Assembly (NCBI RefSeq): GCF_009914755.1
Contig: NC_060934.1
Length of the DNA stretch: 64,000 nt
Source: the human T2T-CHM13v2.0 reference genome, Homo sapiens
Reading direction: 5' to 3' (one strand)
The notes under the pieces are model-generated. The model did not search any database, had not been told where the DNA came from, and worked only from the letters and a program-made list of their open reading frames with translations. Below, piece by piece: positions 1 through 17,571 of this stretch; the first letter of the stretch is position 1; each line of letters begins with the position of its first letter. Both the position numbers and the translations under genes were made by a program.

Positions 1-1745
<1,745 letters not shown>

Positions 1746-3299
1746 AACAAAATAAAAGATTTAAGAGGATTCTGAGATTCCTAATTTATATGATTCTGGC
1801 AATAGAAACAATCTGGTTCATAAAATCTTTAGAAAGCTGATAATTAAATCTTACATTGTTTTATTTGATTAGCTTGTCAAAAGTACTTTATTAGAATACA
1901 TTCATAAGTTTATACAAAAGAAAAAGAACTCATTGGCCTTTAAAATCCCATAATTACTACATAAAGTAATATTGGTATTCAGGGAAGTGTTTCTCTAAAT
2001 TATACATTCATTCTTCCAAACCTTGTATAGGATAAATCTTACCTTCAAGGGTGAGAAAGAAAAAAAGAAAAAAAAAACTAGACTGATTTTTAACATTCCT
2101 TAAGTATGCATGTTTAATATTTAATCACACTAACATTTTATCCTCACTGTTAATTAGAAAGCAGGATGCTTATAAAGCCTTCAAAATTTTACTGTAAAAT
2201 GCATACGAATGTTAAAGTACAGTAAATCTCAGAGACGAAAGCACTGAAGTATTATATAATTGAGGAATATATGCAACTCACAATAGGGGTGCCATTGAAG
2301 TACAGGTTCAGAGAAAAAGAGGATTAGGGAGTTATAATCTGCATAGAGAGGGATCGGAAGTAAATTAACTCTGCTGCCTGTCTTCCATTCTAACTGTATA
2401 GAAATGGTAGATAATGGTTCTTTAATTAAATGGCTTCTTCTGAGTTTCACTGCTATAGAATGATAATTTAGGGAGTAAAAGAAACTAGGTAGAATTATTC
2501 TGAAATATGGTGGTTTTTTAGAGCGTTCAGCTTAAAAAGCGTTCACACACTTAGAACACCTCCTCCAGGAGATTCCTCCCTTGCAGTTGGCAAAATCCAC
2601 TAGAATCTCCGGCTGATGTCAGTGGCTGCTGAAACTGCCAGATTATAAGAATCACTCAGGAGCTTTAGAAACATGCAGATTCCCAAGCCACTATTCTCAT
2701 TCAAGGATTGGAGACCTAGAACTTTGTGTTTAGGATTGACTGTTCTGGGTCTTTATCCCCCACACTGCTGTCAAAGCAGCCTTCTCCCATTCAATTACAA
2801 GGACTTTATACTTACCACATGAAGGGCTTTACTTTACTGTATATTTCATCTGAACAGTTTGCTTCCAGTTTAGCCTAACAAAATCATTATGAATCATGTT
2901 TCCATTATCTCAGCTATTAGATTTCCCAGTCCTGTGCTAAATGAGATATGTGTGGTCTTTATATTTTAATCAAGTTGTAGATTTTTCTTAAATGCATAAT
3001 ACACAACAAGGTTTTTTAAAACCTTTTTGACCATGGTTCACAAAAAGAAATATAACATTTTATATAATAAACTGATATGTGTGTATATTTATATTTAGGA
3101 AATTAAACAAAAGTTTCACAAATCTGTATTTACCATTATAAACCATTATCTACTCTCTTCTATTCTATTTCAGACTTTTTAAATGCTGGCCTTAACTCAC
3201 TAAATTGATTTCATAACCCATTAATGGATCAAGGCCTAAAGTTTGAAAATTACTCACCTTCACCAAACATATCAAAAGGTGTTTAACATCACGAGTCAT

Positions 3300-4035
3300 G
3301 ACAAAAATGCAGATTAGCACAATGAAATGTCACTAACAGCCATCAGAGTGGTTAAAATTAATGATGATGATGATAAAAACTATAATGCCAAGTGTTCTGT
3401 GAAGATATGAAACAATTGTGATTCTCACACATTACTGGTGGGAATGTAAACTGATGCAGTAACTTTGGGAAACTATTTGTAATATCTATTAAAGCTAAAT
3501 AATACACACTCTATGATCTAGCAATTCCAAGTATATAATGAACATTAACCAAAATACACATACAAAAGTTTATAGCAGCACTGTTGGTAATAGCTCCAAA
3601 TGAAACTAATCCACTCTACAGAAGTAAAATTAGTATAACTCTATAATAGTAGAATAAGTACATAAACTGTGGCATATTTATGCAATGGAATTCTATAAAA
3701 CAATGAGAATGAACCCACTACTGCTTGTCAACATGGATGATTTTCACAAACATAAGCTCGAGCTAAAGAAGCTAAAAAACAAAAAAGAACATACTATTCA
3801 AAACCAGGCAAAACTAGCTGCTGGTGACAGAAGCCAGAATGGCAGTTACCTCCGGGGAAGAGGAAGTCCTAAGCAATGAGGGTGCAGGAGGAAAGCTTGG
3901 AGTTCTGAAAATGTTCTTTCTCTTCCTCTGGGTGTGTTACATAGGTATGCTCACCTTGTAGAAAGTAAGTGAGCTATTCAGTTATGATTTGTGCAGTGTT
4001 CCGGATGTATGTAAATCAGGTTTTTTTAAATACTA
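3300..4035 (+). mobile_element. Ancient L1MC/L1ME 3' fragment
   Basis: ctggtgggaatgtaaactg...tatgatctagcaattcc...aaactgtggcatatttatgcaatggaa, typical L1 ORF2 end and 3'UTR. Confidence 0.7.
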
Positions 4036-5730
4036 AAAGTAAATTTTTAACAATACACTGAACTTATCATTTGCCATTAACCTAGATGCTAACCTGTTCT
4101 CTAAAACCAATGTTACAGTGGGGTTCCAATACACTTTTAAACCATTTCCATCAGTGTTTCTAAGCTACACTTACAGTTAGGAACAATAAACAACTTAAAT
4201 TCCTTATTCTGCCCTCAGCATTGAGGGAGAGAAGTAGATAAAAGAGAGAGGGGGGAAGAAAGCAACAAAATTCAACCAAGTTTGGAAACACAGTAGCAAA
4301 GCCTCCTCTTTGAGAAAGGATATTATTATTAAACAAAAAAGAGAGTTTCCCTTAAGAGAGAAAATCAGATTTAATTAAAATAAAATAAGTCACTTAATTC
4401 TAAAAGTGCCTGTAAAAATTCATATATTATATTTGTTAACTGTTGCTACATAACTAATTACCACACTTTAGTGGCTTAAAACACCACCAAGGAAAACCCT
4501 GTCATAAAAAAAAAGAAAAGAAAAGAAAAAGAAAAATACATGTCTATTAAAGGATTTTTAGACAATTATACAAAGTCATGAAAATGAATAGTGTGAGAAA
4601 TAGTAATGACCCCTGAATTATACTTGTTAATTACTTCAGTTGTATATGGATTCACAATAAACTAAATTTTCCAAAGAATTTGGCCTTTTATTCCTCAGAA
4701 AAAGGGGGCGGGGATGGCAGCAAAGAAAGAACCAAAATTTATCAGCAATAATAAAAGAAATGAATGGCATAAAACCTTAGCTAAAAACTTTTTAAAGGTT
4801 AGAGGCAGGAAAAGAAAGGAAAATATTCTGTTTTATGATGGTTCTGTGTGGCTTTCAACCCCATCCCATAGAAGCAGTACTCAAGAAACAGGGTGAGTAA
4901 ATCCTTAAAATTCCAAATAACACCTTCATACTGGGGAGAAGCAAATCAAGAGGGTGAGAAGACAACCTAAAGAAAAGTACTGAAAAGCCATGAAGAGCAG
5001 AAGCCCCACATACCATTTTAGCAGAGTTAAGGGCCAACAGAACTTGTCATCTTTCAGGACACTGAGCTCAACCAGGGGAGTATGCCAACTTCCAGAAGAC
5101 TGGTAAATCCTGAGCTTAGCGGGATGTTGTCTGGTCCAGGACATCTAATGAGTATTCAGAGTAAAGAGTAATCCTCCTTAACAAACTTCACTCAGCTGCG
5201 GTAGAATCTACTCCCTTCCTTTCCCCGCAACCCTACACTTCCGGGCAACTGAAAAGTAGATGCACTAAATACTAGCCTAAAAAGAGAAAAATAGCATATC
5301 AAATAAGGCAGAATATCGATGAAAATTCAACCACAGTATGTGAGAACAAACATTAGGGTTTAAATAAACAACTCATATTAAGAATGAGCAAGATTAAACT
5401 GTTACAGCAACTACAGAAACATGCTCCAACAATAACAACAATGAAAGGAAAAAAGAAAGAAAGAGAACATGGCTAAGACTTGAAGAACCAAGTCAAAAGG
5501 CAAACATAACATTCAGAATAGAAGTTGTTTTCCTAAAAGTACTTTTCACTGTAAGAGACCTTAATAAATATATGTGATCACTGAAGTAGAGGCTCAAAGA
5601 TGTTAAAACAGCAGAATGAGATAAAAAGAGACTGCTAAGTTAAGAAAATAAATTGAGGCCAGAACATCATCAGGGCAGATCTAATGGATGAATGAGCAGG
5701 AGCTGAGAATAGAAACAGACAGACACACCT

Positions 5731-6111
<381 letters not shown>

Positions 6112-6550
6112 TCAATGCATATGGAAAAATTTATTCAAAATTTATTCAAGCAATTAGAAGGTGACAGGTAAGGAGAACACACAAAGATAAGACATAATAA
6201 TAACATCTCCCTGAAGAAAAGTACCTAACAAGTAGGGGGGAAATTGTTTAAGTAAATAGAGCTGCAACATGTAAAAAGTATACAGTGATATAATTTAGGA
6301 CATTTTCCTTGAATCAGTGAAAGAGCTGAATCTTACCAGCAAAAGGACACATAACATAGTTGGGAAAAAGCGATATAGAATTATTATCCATGATACTTAT
6401 CCTAGTAAAGTTATTGAACTTCAAGACATGGAAAGACCACTGCAGGCATTTGGGAAAGAAAAAAAAATCAGAAAATATGCAAGGTAGAAAAAAAATCAGG
6501 CTGATTCTCAACAGCAGAATTCCATGCCAAAATATAATAGAAAATGTCTA

Positions 6551-6905
<355 letters not shown>

Positions 6906-7049
6906 CTAAGATTATAAAGCTAAGAAGTAGACATTCTCAAACATGAAAGAACTTGAAGAGTAAAGTGCCCATAAACCCTATTTTGGGGGAGGAAATAAAA
7001 TCCATCCAACTAAAAATGAATCAAAATGAAGAATTTAAAACCAGGGAAA

Positions 7050-7360
<311 letters not shown>

Positions 7361-7689
7361 ACCAGGGAAACAATGGCTATTACTGAACTTGTTTAAATGC
7401 AACAGTAACACCTATGGGAATTATATTAGCATAACAGAATGTAAATTTTACAAAGTAAAAATAATATAAGCCACAAGAATCAGGAGCTGGGGGGAAGCAA
7501 GGTAGGATACAGTGTTAGAGCACTAATCAATTCAACTTTCAAAGTAGAGATCAACTGATACTGCCTAAAGTTGTAACATTTTAAAATTGTAACATATAGT
7601 TTATACAAATCCAACCTCCTGATGGCTTTCATATTTTCCCATAATCTTTACACAATCTTTCAGGAACAGATACCTCTTAAAATTAGTGC

Positions 7690-8635
<946 letters not shown>

Positions 8636-9300
8636 GTAGCTCTGACTGAAAGTTCTACTTCAGTTTATTTTTCTTGTTTTAAATTCAAGTAAACTTAGTT
8701 TTAATATTTTGTTAAAATAACATGTATAGTGTGATATCATTTTTATAAATTTTTTAATCAATCAACTTTCTATCTACCTGTCATTGAATCAACTAACCAG
8801 CTAGCCAGCCATCCTCCTAAGTGGACATAAGCATAAAGAAACATCTAAAATGATACTTACTACATGTTATTTATTTTATTTTTCTGCCTAACAGTTTAGA
8901 TGATTTGTTTTCTTCTTCATATTTTTTATAATTGAATTTTCATAATGAGCACAGACAGTTTTCAAAAAATTAAAGAATTACTCTAAAATACTGCAAAGCT
9001 TTATTTTTTCTTTTTGGACTGTTTCTACCTTATCACTTTCTCTTTTTTAATATACATATATATTGTGAAATGATTACCACAGTAAAGTTAGGTACAGAAT
9101 GGAACTCTGATGGACTCTTCCAGGATTTTAACTCAAGTGTTTCAGTTAGTGAAGGAGGCTTCTGGATCTTTCCAGGCATGTAGATGTCTTTAAGGATGCA
9201 ATCAGGCCTCCTCGTCACAAGCGTGTGGCCATCTATGGGCCACATAGATGTGTTACTATGTGAGGTAACACATCTATTACCTCACATAGTTACCATTTTG

Positions 9301-9306
9301 TGTGTA

Positions 9307-9342
<36 letters not shown>
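9301..9342. repeat. (TG)n microsatellite within the L1 3'UTR
   Basis: Visible TG run. Confidence 0.95.
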
Positions 9343-9343
<1 letters not shown>

Positions 9344-11105
9344 TGAGGTTTACTCTCTTAGCAAATTTCAAGTATACAATACACTATTGTTAACTATAGT
9401 CACCATGCTGTACATTAGATTCCCATACCTTATCCTACAACTAAAAGTTTGGACCAACATATCCCCATTTCCCACATCCCCATCCCCCTGCCAACAACCA
9501 TGCTACTCTCTCTTTCTGAGTTTGACTTTTTAGATTCCACAAACAAATGAGATTATGCAGTATTTGTCTTTCTCTATCTGACTTATTTCACTTAGCATAA
9601 TGCCCTGAAGGTTCATCTATGTTATTGCAAATGGCAGGATTGCCTTCTTTTGTAGCTGAAAAATATTCTATTGTGTATATATACCACATTTTCTTTATCC
9701 ACTCATCCCTTGACAGACACTTAGATTGCTTCCATAGCTTGGCTATAGTAAATAGTGGGCTATTAACATGGGAGTGCAGATATCTCTTCAACATACTAGC
9801 TTCATTTCCTTTGGACATATACCCAGAAGTAGAAGCACTGGATCATATGGCAGTTAGTTGTATTTTTATTTTTTAAGGAACCTCCATACTGTTTTCCATA
9901 AAGGCTGTACTAACTTACATTCTCACCAACAAGTGCATAGGGGTTCCCTTTTCTCAGCATCCTCACGAACACTCGTTATTTCTTGTCTTTTTGATAACAG
10001 CTATCCCAAAAAGTGTGAGGTGATCGCTCATTGTGGTTCTGTTTATGTTTCCCTGATGATAAGTGATGTTGAGCACCTTTTCATGTACCTGTTGTCCATA
10101 TGTATGTCTTCTTTGGAAAAATGTCTATTCAGGTCCTTTTCCCATTTTTAATGGAATTATATGGGTTTTTGTTGTTGAGTGATATGGGTTCTTTAAATAT
10201 TTTGAGTATTAACCTCTCATAAGATACATGGTTTCTGAATATTTTCTCCCATTCTGTACATGGCCTTTTCATGTTGTTAACTGTTTCCTTTTATGTGAAG
10301 AAGGTTTTTATTTTAATGTAGTCCCATTTGTTTATTTTTGCTTTTGTTGCTTGTCCTTTGGTGTTATGTTCAAAAATATCACTGCCAATATCGATATAAA
10401 GGAGCTTTTACCCGGTGTTTTCTTCTTGGAGTTTTATGGTGTCAGATACTACATTTAAATCGTTAAGCAATTTCAAGTTAATTTTTGGGAGTGGTGTAAG
10501 ATAAGGATTGGATTTCATTCTTTTACATGTGGATATAGTTTTTTCAGCATCATTTATTGAATAGACTATTCTTTCCCCATTGTGCACTCTTGGCATCCTT
10601 GTCCATTATAAGTTGACCGTGTATGTGGAGGTTTCCATGGATTCCATGCTGTCAATTCTGTTACATTGATCTATGTGTCTGTTTTTATGCCAGTACCATA
10701 TTGTTTTCAGTACCATTTTGTAATATAGTTTTAAATGAGGAAATGTGATGCCTCGAGCTTTATTCTTCTTTCTCATGATTGCTTTGTCTGTCTGGGGTCT
10801 TTTCTGATTCCATATGAATTTTAGGATTGTTTTCTGTTTCTGTGAAAAATGCCATTGGAATTTTGATAGGAGTTGCATTGAATTTGTAGATTGTGCTGGA
10901 TTTTATGGGCATTTTAACAATATGAATTCTTCTACTCCATGAACATGGGGTATCTAGACATTTATTTGTGTCTTCTTCAATTTCCTTCATCAATGTCTTA
11001 TAGATTTCAGTACCTAACATCTTTCACCTTCTTGGTTAGATTTATTCCTAAGGATTTTATTGGTTTTGATGCTACTATAATTGGAATTGTTTTATTTCTT
11101 TTTTT

Positions 11106-12100
11106 ATAAGATGCATAGATAAAACTTAGTCATTTTTAAATTTTACTTTGAGTTCTGGGATACGTGTGCAGAACATGAAGGTTTGTTACATACGTATACA
11201 TGTGCCATGGTGGTTTGCTGCACCTATCAACCCATCATCTAGGTTTTAAGGCCCACATGCATTAGGTATTTCTCCTAATGCTCTCCCTCCTCTTGCCCCC
11301 CATCCCCCAACAGGCTCCAGTGTGTGTTGTTCCCTTCCCTGTGTCCATGAGTTCTCACTGTTCAACTCCTACTTATGAGTGAGAACATGCAGTGTTTGGT
11401 TTTCTTTCCTGTGTTAGTTTGCTGAGGATGATGGCTTCCAGCTTCACCCATGTCCCTGCAAAGGACATGATCTCATTCTTTTTTATGGCTGCATAGTATT
11501 CCATGGTGTATATGTACCACGTTTTCTTTATCCGGTCTATCATTGACGAGCATTTGGGTTGGTCTTTACTAATGTAAATAGTGTTGCAGTAAACATATGT
11601 GTGCATGTGTCTTTATAGTAGAATAATTTATATTCCTTTGGGTATATACCCAGTAATGGGATTGCTGGGTCAAATGGTATTTCTGCTTCTAGGTCCTTGA
11701 GGAATCGCCACACTGTCTTCCACAATGGTTGAACTAATTTACATTCCCACCAACAGTGTGAAAGCATTCCTATTTCTCCACAGGCTCACCAGAATCTATT
11801 GTTTTTGGACTTTTTAATAATTGCCATTCTGACTGGCTGGAGATGGTATCTCATTGTGGTTTTGATTTGCATTTCTCTAATGATCAGTGATGTGCAGCTT
11901 TTCTTCCTATGTTTGTTGGCCACATAATGTCTTCTTTTGAGAAGTATCTGTTCATATCCTTTGCCCATTTTTTGATGGGGTTGCTTGTTTTTTTCTTGTA
12001 AATTTGTTTAAGTTCCTTGTAGATTCTGGATATTAGACCCTTGTCAGATGGGTAGATTGCAAAAATTTTCTCCCATTCTGTAAGTTGTCTGATCACTCTG
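11106..12100 (-). mobile_element. 5'-truncated L1PA (L1PA8-like) nested in the older L1M
   Basis: Primate L1 3'UTR (acctatcaacccatcatctaggttttaag) plus ORF2 C-terminus [23 protein letters not shown]; host L1 resumes near 12105. Confidence 0.88.
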
Positions 12101-15100
12101 TGGCTTTCTTTTTCAGATAGTTTGTTATTACTCTATGGAAATGCAACTAATTTGTATGTGTTGCTTTTGTATCTCACAACTTTACTAAATTCACTTATTA
12201 GTTCTTAGTTTTTGGCAGAGTTTTGGTACAGTTTTTTTTCAGTGGAGTCTTTAGAGTTTTCTACATATAAGATCATCATGTCACCTGAAAACAGAAACAA
12301 TTTTACTTCTTCTTTTCTAATTTGAATGCTTTTTATTTCTTTTTCTTGCCTAATTAGTATGGCTAGGACTTCCAGCACTATGTTGAACAGAAGTGGTGCG
12401 AGTGGACAACCCTGTCTTATTCCCAATATTAAAGAAAACAATTTCAGCTTTACACCACTGAGTATGATGTTAACTAAAAGGATGTTGAATTGTGTCAAAT
12501 GCTTTTTATTCATCTGCTGACATAATTATATTATTTTTATCTTTCCTCCTGCTAATGTGGTGTATCATATTTATTGATTTGCATATATTGGACCATCTTT
12601 TGCTAGTATTAATATTATGCTGAGGATTGTTGCATCTATGTTCATCAGAGATATTGGCCTATAATTTTATTTTCTCATACAGTCCTCATCCAACTATGGT
12701 ATCAAGGTAATGTTAGCCTCATAAAATGGATTTGGAAGTGTTCCTTCCTGTTCAACTTTTTGGAAGAGTTTGAGAATAATTCACATTAACTCTTCCTTAA
12801 ATGTTGGGTAGATTCCCCAGTGAAGTCATCTGGCTCTGGACTTTAGTTTGTTGGGAGGTTTTTTATTATTGATTCAATTGACTTACTAGTTATTGGTCTG
12901 TTCAGATTTTCTCTTTCTTCCTAATTCAGTTTTGATAGCTTGTATGTTTCTAGCAATTTACCCATTTCTTCTAGGCTACCCCTAGAAGTATCCCTATTAG
13001 TTACTTTATAATTATTCATCATAGTCTCTTATGATCCTTTGTATTTCTGTGACATCAGTTTTAATGTATCCTCTTTCATTTCTGATTTATTTAATTATTC
13101 CCTCTCATTCTTAGTCTAGTTAATGGTTTGTTGATTTATCTTTTCCAAAAAAAACTAGCTCTGGTTTGTTAGTCTTTACTACTGTTCATCTAGTCTATTT
13201 CATTTTTTTTTTTGCTCTGATCTTTATTATGTCCTTCCTCCTGCTAAATTTGGCCTTTTTCTATTTCATAATTCCTTGACATATAAAGTTGCATTGTTTA
13301 TTTAGGTTCTTTCTTTTTTTCTTAACATGTAGGTGTTTATTCCTATCCTTTCTCTTAGAAATACTTTCATGGCATCCTGTTAGTTTTGGTATGTTGTGTT
13401 TCCATTTTTGTTTGTTTCAGAATTTTCAATTACTCTTTACATTTCTTCTTTGACCCATTGGTTGTTCAGAACTATGTTGTTTAATTTCCACATAGCTGTG
13501 AATTTTCCACTTTTACTATTGTGATTGATTTCCAGTTTCATACCACTGTGTTCAGAAAAGATACTTGATATGATATTAATCTTCTTGAATTTGTGAAGCA
13601 TATTTTGTGGCCTAACATATGATCTATCCTGGAAAATGTTCTGTGTGTGCTTGAGAAGAATGTATATTCTGCTGCTGCCAGGTGGAATGTTCTGTATATG
13701 TCTGTTAGGTCCATTTGGCCTACAGTTCTGCTCATATCTGGGGTTCCTTATTGATATTATGCTTGGATGATTTATTCATTGTTGAGAGTAGGATATTTAA
13801 GTCCCCTACTATTATTGTATTGCTGTTTATTTCTCCCTTCTATTCTATTAGTATTTGCTTTATATACTTAGGTGTTCCAATGTTAAATGCATAAATATTT
13901 AAATTGTTGTATCTTCCTGATTAATTGACCTCTTTATCATTGCATAATGACCTTCTTTGTCTCTTGTGATTGTTTTGGCATAAAGTCTATTTTGTTTGAT
14001 ATAAGTGGATCCACTGCTACTCTCTTTTGGTACTACTTGCATGAAATATCTTTTTCCATCCCATTTTCCATCCCACTTTCAGCCCATGTGTCTCCTTAAA
14101 GCTCAAGTGAGTCTCTTGTAGGCAGCATGTTATTGGCTCTTATTTTTTATCCATTCAGCCATTCTATGTCTTTTGTGTGTGGAGAATTTAATCCATGTAC
14201 ATTGAAATTACATATTGATAGGTAAACATTCACCACTGCCATTTTGTTCGCTGTTTTCTGCCTGTTTTGTAGTTCCTTTATTCCATTCTTCCTCTCTTGC
14301 TGTCTTCCTTTGTAACCTGAAGATTTTTTGTAGTGGTGGTATACTTTCTTTTCTCTTTATCTTGTGTGTATCTACTACAGGTCTTTCCTTTGTGTTTACC
14401 ATAAGGATTACATAAAATATCTTATAGTTATAGCATCACCCTAATTTAAGCTGATAACAACTTAACTTCCACTGCACATAAAACTCTACAGTCATCTCTT
14501 CAAACCTTTATAGGTTCACTTTGGCAGGGAAAGAACTTCACTACTCAGTCCAGCCTATGGTTCTTGACAGGCCAACTGGTAGCATTGACAGACAGACAGA
14601 GCTTCCTGTTGCGATCTCTAGTTGAGTGGGGCCACTGCAGGTACTCTAAAGCTGGCTGGGTTTCCTGCCTGGGATCCGAAGTCAAGCAGGGCCACTGGCT
14701 GGGCTCCCTGGTCTGGCGGGGCTACTAGCTGGACTCTACCCACAAGCTGTGCTCAGCAATTGGGAAGAGCCTTAGGCTGGACTCCATGGCCAGGCAGGGT
14801 GGGATGAGGTCACGGGCTTTGTTCCTCAATTGAATAGGGCTACTGGATTGGCTCTCTGCTCAGTGGGGTCATAGGCTGGGTTCCACAGATGGGTGGGGTT
14901 GCTGGCTGAGCTCCCTGGTTAGGTGGGGCCTAGGGGTAAACCCTACTTTAAAATTATAATTTCAGCCATTAATTTCATTTGTCTGCCAATTAGTCCTTCT
15001 TTATATAAATCTCTTCATGAACTTGGCAAGTTTGGAATTAACAGCTGATTCAACCATATTCAATTTCTCTGAAATTTTTGCAAATTATCTTTGCACTATG

Positions 15101-15182
15101 AATTCTCGTTAGCTTCTTAGTTTATTAAGTAAATGTTGGGAGAAAGTTCTATGCATCCTAACGGTATAATCTCCCAATGAGC

Positions 15183-15555
15183 TGTGGTGGACTAAATATG
15201 GCCATATATTCTTTGCCATCCCTCTTTGATAGATAAATTTTTCTCCTTCTCTTTATTCTGGGCTGGCCTTGTGACTTGTTTTTACCAACAGAGAGTACAG
15301 CAAGTGATGCCATGTGACTTCTGAGGCTGACCCTTAAGAGATGTGCAGCTTCCACCTTTACTGCTTGGAAAATTCCCCCTGCATTTAGCTGGTATTTGGT
15401 TGGGCTGTAGGATGCTTCACTCACATTCTCAGTGCTTCCCCAATTATGCTTTCCTTCTTAGCATAGTTAGCCTAGGCTTCCTCAGAGCACGACAGACTTC
15501 TTATGTATCAGCTGGCTTCCCAGGGGGAGTTTTCCAAGCAGTAAAGGTGGAAGCT
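15183..15555 (+). mobile_element. MLT1 (MaLR) LTR fragment whose 3' part is inverted
   Basis: tgtggtggactaaatatggcc...ctgggctggccttgtgacttg MLT1-like; 15382-15555 reads as the LTR continuation on the minus strand. Confidence 0.7.
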
Positions 15556-17571
15556 TCTTAGATTATCCCAAAATTTGGATCCCAGCCAAGACTTCCCCTT
15601 GGAGCTCCAGACCCATGAATCGACTGCCTCCTTCACATCTCTACTTGGGTATCTTTAAAGTGTCTTATTCACTCCTTCCTCTAACAAGTTTTTATTAAAC
15701 ACTTCTATAAGTCTGGCACCATCTCGACATGTCCAAATATATCATCTCCACAAAACTGAACATCCTTCCATTTCCCCAACTTAGTGAGTCTGTCCCAGAA
15801 ATCTAAGAGTCCTTCTCATTCACCATCTTAACCCAGCTCTGCCTATGTTACCTCCTCAATATCTCTAAAACCTATCTACTTTTCTGTCTCCATTGCCATC
15901 ATTTAAGAATCATTCTCTGTCCGCAAGTATTGCAATAGCCTCTAAATTGGTTCCCTCGCAACTACTATTCTCCTTCCTAACCCATTATCCTCAGGTATCC
16001 AGGGTGATCTTTCTTTTAATGTTATTTATTTCATCAAATATGAAACATTTTCACACACTTCGAAGATATATAAGGCATATATTGAGAAACCTTGCTTCAA
16101 ATTCTGTTTCCATCCTCTTCATCCCCCACCTCCAATATGTATCACTTTTATTAAAATCTTGTGTGCCCTTCATCTTTTCTTTGTCCAAATGCAAGCAAAT
16201 ACAAATATGTTCTTATCTCCCTCTTTCTTAAATGTAAGATAGCATACTGGATACTCTCTTCTGCATGTTGCTTTTTTCACTTAATATATCCTCAAGATAC
16301 TTCCATACTAGTGCATCAAGAGCTCCCTCATGCTTTTTTAAAACTGCAAGTATTAAATTGTGGGACTTTGCCATCATTCATTTATCCAGTAATAAATAAG
16401 CAATGGGATAAATGAATTCAAATGATATTCACATCATTCTTATTCTCATGTCCACCAATCAAGGACAAAATGAAATCCACACTTCAGATGAGAAAGATCA
16501 AACATAAAGAATAAAACAACTCCAACTTCTTCCTCGGTAATGTGAACCCTAAAACTTAGTGGCTGTCAGTCCTTCAGTTGGCCTTTGAAGAAAAGGAAGA
16601 ATGTTGTTGGCCAAGGCTCGTGTTCAGTTACAGAAGGTACCACTGAAACAGCACAGTACTGATGATTCCTCCCACTAGCCAAGAACACTTTGATTACTAC
16701 AGCCCACAGCACTACGTTCCAAAAAAAATCCTGCAATTACTAAGGGTGTGTGTCCCAGAGCCATCTTTGCAGAAAAGAAGAGCTTCCTCAAATTTCCTCA
16801 ATTGCTGAATTATTTGAATGTAAACATTTTACTTCTAACTGTAAGGATACCATGCATAGTAATCTAAATCCATCCATATTCAAGTTTTTAAAAGCATATA
16901 AAACTGTGGCACCTGGGTAAGCTTTGAGTAAGACATTTGTCTCCATATTTCATACTTTGATAAGACCATTTCTCTTTCTTAAGGAAGTCGTATGGAAAGT
17001 TTGGGATTAAATTTACTCTATACTCTCTTTCCTATTCATTACTTTTGATAATTGTTAATTAATTTGCCCATTTCCATTAATCTTCCCCCAAAGCAATCAA
17101 CTAACAAACGTGTTTAATATTTAAATGCATGTTATATGTGCATATGTATGCATATTTTCAATGTGTTTTCTTTCTGAATTAAATTGCTTATCTGATCGAG
17201 GCCTATCACAAATGTTCATATATTTCCACTAAAATAGAGTAAAATACAAATCCTTATATACTTATCAAAATTATTTTCTGGTTTAAAGTTTAAATAATAA
17301 GCTTTAGACTTTACAACTATAACCAAATATGCACTTTAAAATAGCCATGAGGATAAATGAACAAAAGAATTTTTAGAATTAGAAAATCAATTATATATTC
17401 CAACCTAGAAAAGGAATTTAAAAAATTAGATTCCAAAATCCAAAGCAAAAACTTTAACAGCAAAACCAGTTGCCAAAATAACAAACATTATTGACAAAAA
17501 TAAAACTATTATTATTTAAATTACTGACAAAAATAAATAAAACTGAAAATCCCTTTTACAGGCAACAAAAT

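Larger units (their letters stand above)
9040..14930 (-). mobile_element. Long, degraded L1MA/L1MB element (3'UTR, ORF2, inter-ORF spacer, 5' remnant)
   Basis: Minus-strand ORFs give L1 ORF2 peptides: DLTDIYRTFH...FSRIDHMLGHK (endonuclease), [18 protein letters not shown] (RT), [11 protein letters not shown]; many stops and frameshifts. Confidence 0.9.

Noticed and set aside
16400-16900. Unique-looking stretch considered as a processed pseudogene or exon
   Set aside because: No recognisable ORF, polyA/TSD or paired splice signals
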